A stretch of 64,000 nucleotides of DNA. Origin: a bacterium (GTDB taxonomy: Bacteria; Desulfobacterota; DSWW01). The number at the start of each line of letters is the position of its first letter. Positions within the stretch are counted from its first letter, which is position 1. Location: positions 1 to 64,000 of the forward strand of contig JBFLZG010000024.1 in the NCBI GenBank assembly GCA_040756235.1, written 5' to 3'. Under the pieces are notes generated by a model. The model was not told the DNA's origin and searched no databases. It worked only from the letters and a program-made list of their open reading frames with translations. Below, one piece after another: positions 40,825 through 50,718 of the stretch. A program made the position numbers and the translations under genes.

Positions 40825-42651
40825 ATGATCGTCGACAGCCGTGCCTGCGAAGAAGGATCGCAGCTGTTGCACCAGCGGTTTTCCGATCTGGAAGCCTCCA
40901 CCATGGACCCCGAGAAGAGGAGCCGCTTCTTCGAAAAGTTGATCCGGAGCCTGCCGGGGATCTTCTACATCTTCGACGAGCACCTGCGGTTTCTCGGCTG
41001 GAACAAGAACCTGGAAACGGTCTCGGGATATACGGGCGAGGAAGTGCGGACAAGACGAGTTCCGGACATGTTCCAAGGGGAGAGCAGAGCTCAGATCGAA
41101 AGAGGGATCCGGGAGAGCTTTGCATCGGGAGAGTCCCTGGTGGAGGCCGAAGTGGCCACCAAGGATGGAAGATCTGTTCCATACGCCTTCACCGGCGTGT
41201 GCGCCCGGATCGACGACAAGTCCTACATCCTGGGCATGGGCACGGATCTGAGCGAGCTCAAACAAACGGAAAGCGCTCTGCGGGAGAGTGAAGCGTTGTA
41301 CCGGATGCTCGCCGAGCGCATGACCGTGGGGGTCATCCTCTACGACCGGTCCCAGGTCCTGTTCGCCAACAACGCCCTGGCGTCCATGTTCGGCTTCCAG
41401 AATGCGCGGGAATTGCTCGGCAGAGAGATCGACAACGTCCCTTTCGAGGGATTCGAAAGATCCTTGCTGCGTCTGTTCCAGGTGCTCGACCAGGACGACT
41501 CCAAGGAGAAGTTCTTCGAGACCTGCTGGTTGACCCGAGCGGGGCGGGAAATCTGGATCGAAGCCCAGGCTTCGCTCATTCGCTGGAAGCAGCTCCCTAC
41601 GATACTCCTGACGGCCAGAGACAAGACGGAAGCCAAGCTTCGGGAAATCTCCATGCAGGAAGAAGCCGAACATCTCCGGAGAGAGAACCTCAACCTGCGC
41701 TCTTCCATCAAGGACCGATTCCGGCTCGGCAACATCATCGGGAAGAGCCCTCTCATGCAGGATGTGTACGAGCTCATCCTGAATTCCACGAGACTCAGTG
41801 CGAACGTGATCATTTACGGTGAATCGGGTACGGGAAAGGAGCTGGTTGCCAGGGCGATCCATGAAATGAGCAAACGCTCCGCAGGTCCCTTTGTTCCCGT
41901 AAACTGTGCAGCGCTACCGGAGCACCTGCTCGAGAGCGAATTTTTCGGACACAAGAAGGGAGCCTTCACGGATGCCCGTGCCGAAAAACCCGGCTACCTG
42001 GACGTCGCGAACAAAGGGACCCTGTTCTTGGACGAGGTGGCGGAACTCAGCCTGAGCGTTCAGGCCAAGCTGTTGCGCGCCATCGAAGGGGGCGGGTACA
42101 CGCCCGTCGGCAGCACGTCGACCAAGCACTCCGATTTTCGCATCATTGCAGCCACGCACCGGGACCTGCTGGATCTCGTCCGCAAAGGAAGGTTCCGGGA
42201 GGATTTCTTCTATCGGATCCACGTGATTCCGCTCGCACTCCCGCCCCTGCGGCAGCGCAAGGAGGACATCCCTCTGCTCGTTGAGCATTTCCTCAAGTCT
42301 TTTTCCGAGGAAGGGAAAGTCGCACCCCTCCCGGCGCATGTGATGGAGGCCTTTCTGCATCACGGCTGGCCGGGGAACGTGCGTGAGCTGCAAAATGCAG
42401 TGCAGCGCTACCTGGCCTTCAAACGCGTGGAATTCATCCCCGGCGCCCTGGCCGCAGAAGGGGCCGGTCCGGGCAGGAATACGGCGAGGACCGAGGCCCC
42501 CCTGTTGGCCCAAAGCGTCCGGAACGCGGAGGCGGATGCGATCCGCAAGGCCCTGGAAGAATGCCGCGGCAGAAAGGTCTCGGCCGCAAAGAGGTTGGGC
42601 ATCCATCGCAAGACCCTCTTTCGGAAAATGAAGCAGTACGATTTGTCCTGA
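40825..42651 (+). CDS. Sigma54-dependent activator (2xPAS + AAA + Fis HTH)
   Basis: [31 protein letters not shown] and LGIHRKTLFRKM. Confidence 0.95.
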   Translation: MIVDSRACEEGSQLLHQRFSDLEASTMDPEKRSRFFEKLIRSLPGIFYIFDEHLRFLGWNKNLETVSGYTGEEVRTRRVPDMFQGESRAQIERGIRESFASGESLVEAEVATKDGRSVPYAFTGVCARIDDKSYILGMGTDLSELKQTESALRESEALYRMLAERMTVGVILYDRSQVLFANNALASMFGFQNARELLGREIDNVPFEGFERSLLRLFQVLDQDDSKEKFFETCWLTRAGREIWIEAQASLIRWKQLPTILLTARDKTEAKLREISMQEEAEHLRRENLNLRSSIKDRFRLGNIIGKSPLMQDVYELILNSTRLSANVIIYGESGTGKELVARAIHEMSKRSAGPFVPVNCAALPEHLLESEFFGHKKGAFTDARAEKPGYLDVANKGTLFLDEVAELSLSVQAKLLRAIEGGGYTPVGSTSTKHSDFRIIAATHRDLLDLVRKGRFREDFFYRIHVIPLALPPLRQRKEDIPLLVEHFLKSFSEEGKVAPLPAHVMEAFLHHGWPGNVRELQNAVQRYLAFKRVEFIPGALAAEGAGPGRNTARTEAPLLAQSVRNAEADAIRKALEECRGRKVSAAKRLGIHRKTLFRKMKQYDLS

Positions 42652-42733
42652 GCCCGTGCGCACTCGCGCGTCTCGGCGGCGGTGCCCTCCGTCAGCTCGC
42701 GGGTAAAGCCGGGCCGGGTCGCGCCGTCCGGCT

Positions 42734-43720
42734 TCAGATCATCCGGCCGCGGAGCTCGTCGTCCGCGCAGGCCGCGGCCACCAGCGCTCCGCTGCCGGCT
42801 CCATCCGTGTAGGCGACCCTGCAGGAGTGCCCCCTCGGCGCATCGCTGTAGCGGACGGCCACCCGGGCCGCAAAGGAAAGCGCTTCGGGGGAGTGGTCCG
42901 AGCCGGTGAGCAGCACGACCGGCCCGGGGAAGCCTTCCACGTCCAGCCGGACTTCTCCCGGAAGCCGCAGCTTCTCCAGTCTCCGGTTCTCTTCTTCCCT
43001 GCGGCCCACGATCAGCCTGGAGCGCTCGTCCCAGCGCAGGTGTCTGCCGAGCTTCAACCGCTCCAGCTCGAGGGGCTCGGGATCCGGAACGCGCTCGAGA
43101 AGGTCTCGCAGCCGTCTGGAAAAGTTGGCGTCCGTGAGCAGACAGCCGCCCGCCGACCCCGGGACGTCCGAGAGCTTGAACCGGTCGGCCAGCTCCATTT
43201 GACGGCGTCTCGAGCGGCCCTCGAGGTCCAGCAGGAGGCTCCGGTCCACCCAGCCCTGCCTCTCCGGCTCGGTCTCATCCAGGAGCCTGGCGCTCAGCGG
43301 CCGGACGATGTGCTTCGCATATCCGGAAAGGTTGGCCACGGCACGCAGGGCGCCGCGGTTCTGACTGAAAGGGCGCTGCCCGAGCACTTCCCCGGAGAAG
43401 AGGAAGCGGGCGTTCTCCGAGACCATCCTCTGGCCCGCGAGCCGGAACATGAAGGCGTGGCAATCCACGCACGGATTCATGTTCTTGCCGTACCCGTACC
43501 GGGGGTGCTTCAGGATGTCCATGTAGGCTCGGGTGATCTCCACGACCTCCAGGCGGATGCCCAGGGTCCCGGCCGAGCGGATCGCCGCCTGCGGCCCGAA
43601 GAAAGGCGATGCGAATGCATAGCCGATCACCTCGATTCCCTGCTCCTGGAGAACCCTCGAGGCCAGCATGCTGTCCAGCCCGCCCGAGATGAGCCCGAGG
43701 GCTCTGATGCGCCCCTTCAT
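42734..43720 (-). CDS. ThiI/MnmA-like PP-loop tRNA thiolation protein
   Basis: SGGLDS, NPCVDCH, GEVLGQRP and AGGCLLTD; C-terminal GR..EEN domain. Confidence 0.85.
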   Translation of the reverse strand: MKGRIRALGLISGGLDSMLASRVLQEQGIEVIGYAFASPFFGPQAAIRSAGTLGIRLEVVEITRAYMDILKHPRYGYGKNMNPCVDCHAFMFRLAGQRMVSENARFLFSGEVLGQRPFSQNRGALRAVANLSGYAKHIVRPLSARLLDETEPERQGWVDRSLLLDLEGRSRRRQMELADRFKLSDVPGSAGGCLLTDANFSRRLRDLLERVPDPEPLELERLKLGRHLRWDERSRLIVGRREEENRRLEKLRLPGEVRLDVEGFPGPVVLLTGSDHSPEALSFAARVAVRYSDAPRGHSCRVAYTDGAGSGALVAAACADDELRGRMI

Positions 43721-43895
43721 CCCGCCTCCACCTTGCTCCCGTGGTCTGTGAGAAGCCGCCCGCCCTTCGCCTCCCATCAGTATAGGTTCTATTCACCGGG
43801 AAATCTCACACGTCCCGCTGATCGCGTTCTGCCGATTGACCGCGGCGCAAAGACCGTGCTACTCGTGACCGAGGAACACCTCGGAGTGAACGAGC

Positions 43896-44828
43896 ATGCC
43901 GCTTCGGCTCACCCTCTATCTGGATCCGGATTCCGCGGCCGGGGAAGACCCCGCCTCCGCAGCCCGGCAGGCACCCGCCGGAGTCGGCCGGGCGAGCCCT
44001 GGCCGGACGTTCCTTTGCGCTCTGGCCGAGGCGGCCGGAGTGGATGAAGCGAGCCTGCTTGCGACCCCCAGGCCGTTCACGCTCTCTCCCCTGCTGGCGA
44101 GCGGAGGGGACGGTCGCGATGCTGCGCCCGAGGCCGCCGCTGCACGAGGCGCCGCCGAAGGCGCAGAAGACGCAGCGTGCGCGCCCGCGGCGCGCTTTCG
44201 ACTGGGCGTGAGCTGGCTGGCGGACCCGGCCCTGCCGCGCCTGCTCCACTGGTGCCAGGGCCTGAGCCGTGCTTCCCTTTCCCTGGAAGTCCGCGGCGGC
44301 AGGTTCCTCGTGCGTGGAGCCGCGGTTTCCTCTTCCCCCGTCGACCCGTGGACCCGGCTGACCACGTACGCTCGATTGTTCGCCGAAGCCTCGGATTCCG
44401 GCAGGAGCCTCACCCTGAAGTTCTGTTCGCCGACCCTGCTGGAGCGCGCGGGCGCCCCCTATCCTCTGCCGGACCCGACGACCCTGTTCACGGGGTATCT
44501 CGAATCGTGGAACGCCTTCTCCGGGATTCCCCTCTGCCCCCGTCTCCCGGGCGCCCTGGCGGAGTGCCTCCGCATCATCCATTACCGCATCCGCGCGCTG
44601 CCCCTGCCCGGGGGGCAATCGGAGCCGACGCCGGGCTTCAGGGGATCTGCCAGCTTCCGGCTCGAGGGCAGGCATGCCGAGTCCACGATCAAGGGGCTGA
44701 ACGTGCTGGCCGACTTCTCCCTTTACTGCGGGACAGGGGTCGGCACCGACCAGGGGATGGGAATGACCCGCAGGATCTTTTTCCCCGCCTCCCGGGCCTC
44801 GACCTCTCGAGCCGGGGAAGAGCTTTGA
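43896..44828 (+). CDS. cas6: Orphan CRISPR-associated endoribonuclease Cas6-like protein
   Basis: PFTLSPL, LTLKFCSPT, PLPDP..LF..YLESWNAFS and GFRG; C-terminal G-loop GTGVGTDQGMG. Confidence 0.8.
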   Translation: MPLRLTLYLDPDSAAGEDPASAARQAPAGVGRASPGRTFLCALAEAAGVDEASLLATPRPFTLSPLLASGGDGRDAAPEAAAARGAAEGAEDAACAPAARFRLGVSWLADPALPRLLHWCQGLSRASLSLEVRGGRFLVRGAAVSSSPVDPWTRLTTYARLFAEASDSGRSLTLKFCSPTLLERAGAPYPLPDPTTLFTGYLESWNAFSGIPLCPRLPGALAECLRIIHYRIRALPLPGGQSEPTPGFRGSASFRLEGRHAESTIKGLNVLADFSLYCGTGVGTDQGMGMTRRIFFPASRASTSRAGEEL

Positions 44829-44833
44829 TTTCA

Positions 44834-44862
44834 TTGACATCCTCATCCCGTTGCGATAAGCT
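44834..44862 (+). promoter_or_regulatory. Sigma70-type promoter
   Basis: TTGACA-N17-TAAGCT upstream of the HD-domain gene. Confidence 0.55.
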
Positions 44863-44982
44863 GCGCCATTGGTTCGAAGCTGGATCGCGCACTGGCTTGC
44901 CTACTGAGTCCACCCGGACGGATTCTTTCCCTTGAGACCGGAAGACCCGGCTGGTCCTTTGCATCCTGCCTGTGCAGCCTGA

Positions 44983-47208
44983 ATGGAGTCCACCGTGTTT
45001 TTCCGAAAGCACAAAATCACAGAGAGCATGGAAGAAGACCCGGCTCCCTGGCACCCGGTCAGGAGCAGTCTCCGCTGGGTCCCCGGCCTGCTCGTGCTCC
45101 TGGTTGCAGTGTTCCTGAGCTTCTTCGAACAATTTTTCCTGCCGGTCAGCCTGCCCGTGCTGGGGACCCGCGCCCTGCAGCCCATCCGCGCGCCGTACGA
45201 CTTCGTATTCAACGAGCAGCAGGCGCTGGAAGACGTGGTCGAGCAGGAGCTCGAAGACTTCATCCCGGTCTTCCGGTACGACCCCAAGAAGACCAGCCAG
45301 ACTCTCGCTGAGCTCGAGTCCTTCTTCCAGGGGGTCGAGGAATGCCGCACCGGACCGTCCCAGCGAGGCGACACCCCGGAGAAATGCGTGCGCGCTCTTT
45401 TCGGGTCCTCTTCGGACGCCTCCGCCGCGAACGGAGGCGTCGCCGAGCTGCTCCGATTCCCTCACCTGGACAGTCTCAAAGGGCTCCTCACGACGGTCCT
45501 GACGGACATCCTCAAGGAGGGGGTTTATTCTGAAGAAGAGGTCCCCGCCGACCTGCAGGTCCTGCGGGTCCTCTATTCCGATTCCTCTGAACCGGTGCGC
45601 CGCTCCGTAGGGCAGCTCATGAGCCTGAGCAAGGCCCGGGAAACCCTCAAGGACAGGCTCAGTCTCCTGCGGCTCAACGATGTCCTGCAGGAGGTCCTGC
45701 ACAGGAAAGCCAAGAGCCTGATCGAGCCCAGCCTTTACTATTCGCCCGACAACGAGAAGAGAGTCGCGGCGATCCGGGAGCTGAAGTCGAGCCGGACCGC
45801 GGTCCTCTACCGCCGCGGCGATCTCCTCGTGCCTCGCGGGCACAAGGTCGACCGTCTGGACGTCTACCGCGTGCAGGCCTGCCTTTCCAAGGAACGGCCC
45901 GATCTCCTGCTGGTCGGGATGGGCTCGTTCATCCCGTTCTTCGTGCTCACCTTCCTTTTTGTGTTGAGCCTCCAGCGGGTGCAGGGGATGGATCCGGGCT
46001 CGTCCAGGCCCTATCTGCTGGTCTTCTTCGTGCTCCTGGCTGTGCTGCTGATATCCAAGGCCATCTACCTGTTCACGAACCTGACCGGGTTTGCCATGCC
46101 GATCGCCACAGCCGGGCTGCTCCTGGTGCTGCTGCTCGAGCTGCCGACCGCGCTCCTGGCAACCATTCTGACCGCCCTCTACACGACCTTCCTGACGAGC
46201 CTGGACATGGGCCTTTTCGTCTATTATCTCATCGGCGGAGTCTTGATGGTCGTCTTCTCACGCAGGGGAGCCAGACGCTTCCGCCTTTTCTCCACCTCTC
46301 TTCTGGTCGGTCTCATCAACGCCTTCATCGTGGGTTGCATCCTCCTGCTCCGCGACGAGGCTCCGACGCGTGCGATGCTGGAAGAGTTGGTTCCCCAGGC
46401 CTTCCTGAGCGCGCCGGCGGCCTGGCTGATCGCCATGTTGTTCATTCCCATGACGGAAAGGATCTTCCGGCTCGCATCCTCGGATCGGCTGAGGGAGTTG
46501 GCCGATCTCAATCAGCCGCTGCTCAAGAAGCTGATGGACAAGGCTCCGGGAACCTACTATCATAGTCTTTCGGTCGCCAATCTCGCCTGCGCGGCGGCCT
46601 CGGCCGTGAAGGCGGACGTGCTGCTGACGCGGGTGGGCGCCTACTATCACGACATCGGGAAGCTCCTGCAGCCGGAATACTTCATCGAGAACCAGGACGG
46701 CAAGAACCCCCACGACACGCTGGATCCGATGGCGAGCTACGCGATCGTCAAGGCGCACACCAGGGACGGCGCGGGGATCGCGTCCGAGCATCGGTTTCCC
46801 CAGGCGGTGATCGACTTCGTGGCGGAGCATCACGGCACCACCGTCATGGAGGCGTTCTTCAGCAAGGCGCAGCAAGCCAGCCCCGACGTGCCCTGCAACA
46901 GGGACTTCTTCCGCTACGACGGCCCCAAGCCGAGCCGGATCGAGTCCGCGATCCTCATGATCGCCGACATCGTGGAAGCCATGGCCAGGGTGACCAAGAG
47001 CCGTCAGCCGGCCAAGGTACGCGAGATGGTGCACAAGGTGGTGGTCAGCAAGTTCGACGACGGACAGTTCGACCGCTGCGGGCTTGACACGCACACGCTC
47101 CCGCAGATCGAGTCCGCCATCACCCAGACGATCCTCGGCTTTCTGCACAAGAGGATCGAGTACCCGGAGCAGGAGCAGGCGCAGGAGCCCTCGTCCCTGG
47201 CCGACTGA
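44983..47208 (+). CDS. 7TM-HD (HDIG) phosphohydrolase, PgpH-like cyclic-di-nucleotide phosphodiesterase
   Basis: Extracellular domain and 7TM region; APGTYYHS, YYHDIGK, FIENQ, HHGTT, RYDGPKP and MIADIVEA. Confidence 0.9.
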   Translation: MESTVFFRKHKITESMEEDPAPWHPVRSSLRWVPGLLVLLVAVFLSFFEQFFLPVSLPVLGTRALQPIRAPYDFVFNEQQALEDVVEQELEDFIPVFRYDPKKTSQTLAELESFFQGVEECRTGPSQRGDTPEKCVRALFGSSSDASAANGGVAELLRFPHLDSLKGLLTTVLTDILKEGVYSEEEVPADLQVLRVLYSDSSEPVRRSVGQLMSLSKARETLKDRLSLLRLNDVLQEVLHRKAKSLIEPSLYYSPDNEKRVAAIRELKSSRTAVLYRRGDLLVPRGHKVDRLDVYRVQACLSKERPDLLLVGMGSFIPFFVLTFLFVLSLQRVQGMDPGSSRPYLLVFFVLLAVLLISKAIYLFTNLTGFAMPIATAGLLLVLLLELPTALLATILTALYTTFLTSLDMGLFVYYLIGGVLMVVFSRRGARRFRLFSTSLLVGLINAFIVGCILLLRDEAPTRAMLEELVPQAFLSAPAAWLIAMLFIPMTERIFRLASSDRLRELADLNQPLLKKLMDKAPGTYYHSLSVANLACAAASAVKADVLLTRVGAYYHDIGKLLQPEYFIENQDGKNPHDTLDPMASYAIVKAHTRDGAGIASEHRFPQAVIDFVAEHHGTTVMEAFFSKAQQASPDVPCNRDFFRYDGPKPSRIESAILMIADIVEAMARVTKSRQPAKVREMVHKVVVSKFDDGQFDRCGLDTHTLPQIESAITQTILGFLHKRIEYPEQEQAQEPSSLAD

Positions 47209-47361
47209 CCGCCCCCGCCCCGCCTCGCAGGCGGCGGCTTTCAACAGCAGGCTCGCAGCCCTCTGCGATGCAGAATCACCGCGTCCACCCCGCCGCAAAC
47301 GGCTTCCCTTCAGCCCGGCCGACCGGGCCGTCCGCGGGTCGGGACCGGACCAAAAAAATGC

Positions 47362-47418
47362 TTGACAGGGAGAGGCACTTCCGTTATATTTCGCCACTGA
47401 ATACTGAATCAGTATTCA
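47362..47418 (+). promoter_or_regulatory. Sigma70 promoter followed by a palindromic operator
   Basis: TTGACA-N17-TATATT; TGAATACTG-AAT-CAGTATTCA at 47398-47418. Confidence 0.7.
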
Positions 47419-47607
47419 ATAAGCACGGAGGCCGGACGGGAAAAGAATCGACGGGAGGGGTTCCCCGCATCTCCACCAGCGTTTACATCCTCGCTTCTTT
47501 GACCTGCTGAGCCCAATACCACCTCTCGGCACCAGGAGCCAAAACGGCAAGAGAATTCCGCCCCGGGCGGGCGTTCGCACGGGACAGGAAAAAGGAGGTC
47601 ACCTATC

Positions 47608-47910
47608 ATGAACGCAAATGTGCTAGCCGAAGCGGTCGTCGCGGCAGACGCGACCGAGAGTGAGGAGTGCGCCTCGCCGATTCTGGCTGAGATCGGAAAG
47701 AAGACCCAGTTCTTTCATTTCCTTCAGAAGGAGATGAGGACTTCGAAAACCGAGACGGAAAGAGAAGCCGTTCTCAGTATTCTCCAGAAGACGAAGCTCC
47801 AGATCCGGGCCCTGGAGAGGGAATGGAGACAGATCAAGGCCCTCAGCCGATCCTCCCTGCGGGACCCCAGCACACTCTCCGCACTGTGCACCTCGCCGCG
47901 GATCCAATAA
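47608..47910 (+). CDS. Small helical hypothetical protein
   Basis: Strong RBS AAGGAGGT; amphipathic or coiled-coil-like sequence. Confidence 0.6.
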   Translation: MNANVLAEAVVAADATESEECASPILAEIGKKTQFFHFLQKEMRTSKTETEREAVLSILQKTKLQIRALEREWRQIKALSRSSLRDPSTLSALCTSPRIQ

Positions 47911-48204
47911 GCCGTCGCACGTCCGATCATCCTGTTCGGGTCATCGGATGCAGGGGCGGACTGCCCTCGACTCGCCTACTGCCGCCAGCGGCATTGCGCC
48001 CTCTGCCTGCCCATGAGCCGCTCGTACGGGTCTTTTCCCTGCGTACGTGCGAGGCCGCTTGACTTCCTTTCGTACGAACCGAAAGAATGGATCGATCCGG
48101 CAAGCCGGAGAAGGCCTGGCTCTGGCGGGTGTCGAAAACGCCCTCGGAGGTTCTGGAGCGCCGCTGGCGCCGGATGGGCGCCATGTTGGGAGGCCGCAGC
48201 TCTC

Positions 48205-49242
48205 ATGAAGCAGGAGCCTGAACGCTACGCCGTATCTTTTGATGACACGCGGATCTGCTTCCGGACCGAAGGAAGCGGGTTTCCTCTGGTGCTGTGCAAC
48301 GGCATTCTCTGCTCCACCGGCTACTGGCGCTATGTGCGAGCGTTCTTTCGCAGCCGCGCGACCGTGCTGAGCTGGGACTACCGAAGTCACGGCCGCTCCG
48401 AGCCTGCCCGCTCTCCGGACAATCTGACCATCGAATCTCTGTGCCGCGATCTGCTCAGCGTCCTGGATGCCGCAGGCGTCGAGAAGGCCGCCCTGGCCGG
48501 GCACAGCATGGGCGTCCAGGTGATCCTGGAGTTCTATCGAAGGTACCCGGAGCGCGTGGCCGGGTTGATACCGATCTCCGGTACCTACGGGGACCCTTGC
48601 CGCACCTTCTACGGGATGGAATGGCTGGGTTCCGTCATGCCGCCCCTGCTCAGGGTCGGAGAGCGCATCGCAGGCCCCTTGGCGCGCTTCGTCCAGCCGT
48701 TCCTGCGTTCCAGGCTGGCGATCCCCATGGCCCGCGCCAGCGGGTCCATTCACTGGTATCTCTGTCCGGGAGAGGTCATGGAAGATTACTTCCGACACCT
48801 CTCGAGCTTCGATCTTCGGACGGCTTTCCGGATGGGGCAGGCCATGGCCGAGCACAGCGCTGCGGACGTCCTGGCCAGGGTCAGGGTTCCTACCCTGGTG
48901 ATTGCCGGAGAGAAGGACCCGTTCACGCCGGTCTGGGTCGCTGAGAAGATGTGGAGAGCCATCCCGGATGCTGAGCTGCTGGTCGTGCCCAGGGGCACGC
49001 ACACGGCTCTGGTCGAGGACCCGCTCCTGGTCAACCTTCGCGTCGAGCTGTTTCTGCGCGATCATTTCCAGGACCTCGGTTACCGGCCCGTGAAGGCGCT
49101 GGGCGATCGTCTGCTGAGAATGGAGCTGAAAAGAGGGCCGGGCTTGCCGCCTCCCGCATCCGGCGGCTCGCGCCCCGAGTGGAACCGGTCCGGGGCGCCG
49201 CGTTCGCGGCAGAAGAGCACGCGGGGGTCGATGTCCTCCTGA
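48205..49242 (+). CDS. Alpha/beta hydrolase
   Basis: NGILC, WDYRSHG, GHSMG nucleophile, GEKDPFTP and GTH. Confidence 0.9.
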   Translation: MKQEPERYAVSFDDTRICFRTEGSGFPLVLCNGILCSTGYWRYVRAFFRSRATVLSWDYRSHGRSEPARSPDNLTIESLCRDLLSVLDAAGVEKAALAGHSMGVQVILEFYRRYPERVAGLIPISGTYGDPCRTFYGMEWLGSVMPPLLRVGERIAGPLARFVQPFLRSRLAIPMARASGSIHWYLCPGEVMEDYFRHLSSFDLRTAFRMGQAMAEHSAADVLARVRVPTLVIAGEKDPFTPVWVAEKMWRAIPDAELLVVPRGTHTALVEDPLLVNLRVELFLRDHFQDLGYRPVKALGDRLLRMELKRGPGLPPPASGGSRPEWNRSGAPRSRQKSTRGSMSS

Positions 49243-49280
49243 CCGGACACTCGGGAGAATCCATGGAGCAAGGAGGCGTC

Positions 49281-50099
49281 ATGAAGGACCTATCCAAGAT
49301 CGATTACAGGTCTCTGGACAGGCCCGAAATCCTCATGTTCCTGTTTCACCCGCGCCAGGAATGGGGAGGATCAGGCGGCGAGGGGCTCTACGAGGAAGTC
49401 CTGGTTCCGGTGGAGCACAACGCGGTCGTGGGCGGACGGCTCTACTGGTCCGGGAGGGAATCGCCCAGCATTCTCTTTTTCCACGGCAACGGCGAGATCG
49501 TGGCGGATTATGAGGATCTCGCCCCTCAGTACGCGCAGATCGGCATCAACTTCATGCCGATGGATTACCGAGGGTATGGACGTTCGACCGGAAGGCCCAC
49601 CATCACGTCCATGATGCGGGACTGCCACGTGATCTTCGATTACGTGCAGACGATGCTCCGGGAGCGACGTCACGGCGGCCCGCTCATCGTCATGGGGAGA
49701 TCGCTGGGAAGCGCTTCGGCCCTCGAGCTCGTCTACGGGTACGGCAACCGCATCGACGGGCTCATCATCGAGAGCGGCTTTGCCTATGCGGAGCCGCTCC
49801 TGCATCTTCTGGGAATCGACATGAAGGCCCTCGGAATCACCGAGGCCGAGGGCTTCCGGAACGTCGACAAGATCCGATCGTTCGACAAGCCCACCCTCAT
49901 CATCCACGCCGAGAACGACCACATCATTCCGCTCTCGGACGGGCAGGCCCTGTACCAGGCCTGCCCGGCGGAAGAGAAGAGACTCCTCATCATCGCGGGT
50001 GCCCATCACAACGACATCTTTCTGCAGGGGATGGCCACCTACCTGGAAGCGGTGCGGGAGCTGGCGGACCGCTCGGCCGCGGCCAGAAGAGGCTGGTGA
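49281..50099 (+). CDS. Alpha/beta hydrolase (ABHD13/BEM46-like)
   Basis: FFHGNGE, DYRGYG, GRSLG, IHAENDHII and AHHND. Confidence 0.9.
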   Translation: MKDLSKIDYRSLDRPEILMFLFHPRQEWGGSGGEGLYEEVLVPVEHNAVVGGRLYWSGRESPSILFFHGNGEIVADYEDLAPQYAQIGINFMPMDYRGYGRSTGRPTITSMMRDCHVIFDYVQTMLRERRHGGPLIVMGRSLGSASALELVYGYGNRIDGLIIESGFAYAEPLLHLLGIDMKALGITEAEGFRNVDKIRSFDKPTLIIHAENDHIIPLSDGQALYQACPAEEKRLLIIAGAHHNDIFLQGMATYLEAVRELADRSAAARRGW

Positions 50100-50160
50100 G
50101 AAACGGCCATCTGCTGCGCCTGTTGCGAGCGGAGCGAAGCAATCCCCCCGAGGTGGCCTC

Positions 50161-50718
50161 TCAGCGAATCTGGGCATATCGGTAGCACCCCAGGACGTGA
50201 TCGTTGACCATTCCCACGGCCTGCATGAAGGCGTAGCTGATCGTGGGGCCGACGAAGCGGAAGCCGCGCCTCTGCAGGTCGCGGCTCAGGGCGTCTCCTT
50301 CCGGCGTTCGACTCGGGATCTCCTCGAGCTTGCGCCAGCGGTTCTTCCTCGGCTTCCCGCCGACGAACTTCCAGACGTAGGCGTCGAAGGTCCCGAACTC
50401 GTCCTGAACCCGCAAGAAAGCTTTCGCATTCTGAATGGCGGATGCGACCTTCAGCCGGTTGCGCACGATGCCGCTGTCCTTCAGCAGGCCGGAAATCTTG
50501 GCGGAGTCATAGCCCGCCACGACCCCGGGGTCGAAACCGTCGAACGCCCTGCGATAATGCTCCCGCTTCCTGAGGATGGTTTCCCAGCTCAAGCCCGCCT
50601 GGGCCCCTTCCAGCACGAGGAACTCGAAGAGCACCCTGTCTTCGTGCTGCGGGACCCCCCACTCGAGATCGTGGTAGAGAATCGACAGCTCGGTCCTGGC
50701 CCAGTCACAGCGCTGCAT
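50161..50718 (-). CDS. tag: DNA-3-methyladenine glycosylase I
   Basis: RC.W, YHD.EWG, LEGAQAGLSW, IVRNRLK, FRFVGPT and NDH..C. Confidence 0.96.
   Translation of the reverse strand: MQRCDWARTELSILYHDLEWGVPQHEDRVLFEFLVLEGAQAGLSWETILRKREHYRRAFDGFDPGVVAGYDSAKISGLLKDSGIVRNRLKVASAIQNAKAFLRVQDEFGTFDAYVWKFVGGKPRKNRWRKLEEIPSRTPEGDALSRDLQRRGFRFVGPTISYAFMQAVGMVNDHVLGCYRYAQIR

Noticed and set aside
38138..41182. Very long antisense ORFs (1014 aa here; also 19057..22008, 26777..29623, 59778..62369 and 17337..19286)
   Set aside because: Shadow frames of well-supported genes in high-GC DNA; no recognisable motifs
42650..45000. CRISPR array near cas6
   Set aside because: No regularly spaced direct repeats with unique spacers here or elsewhere in the window
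47420..47607. c-di-GMP or other known riboswitch in the long leader
   Set aside because: Could not match the conserved core motifs by eye; left as an open finding
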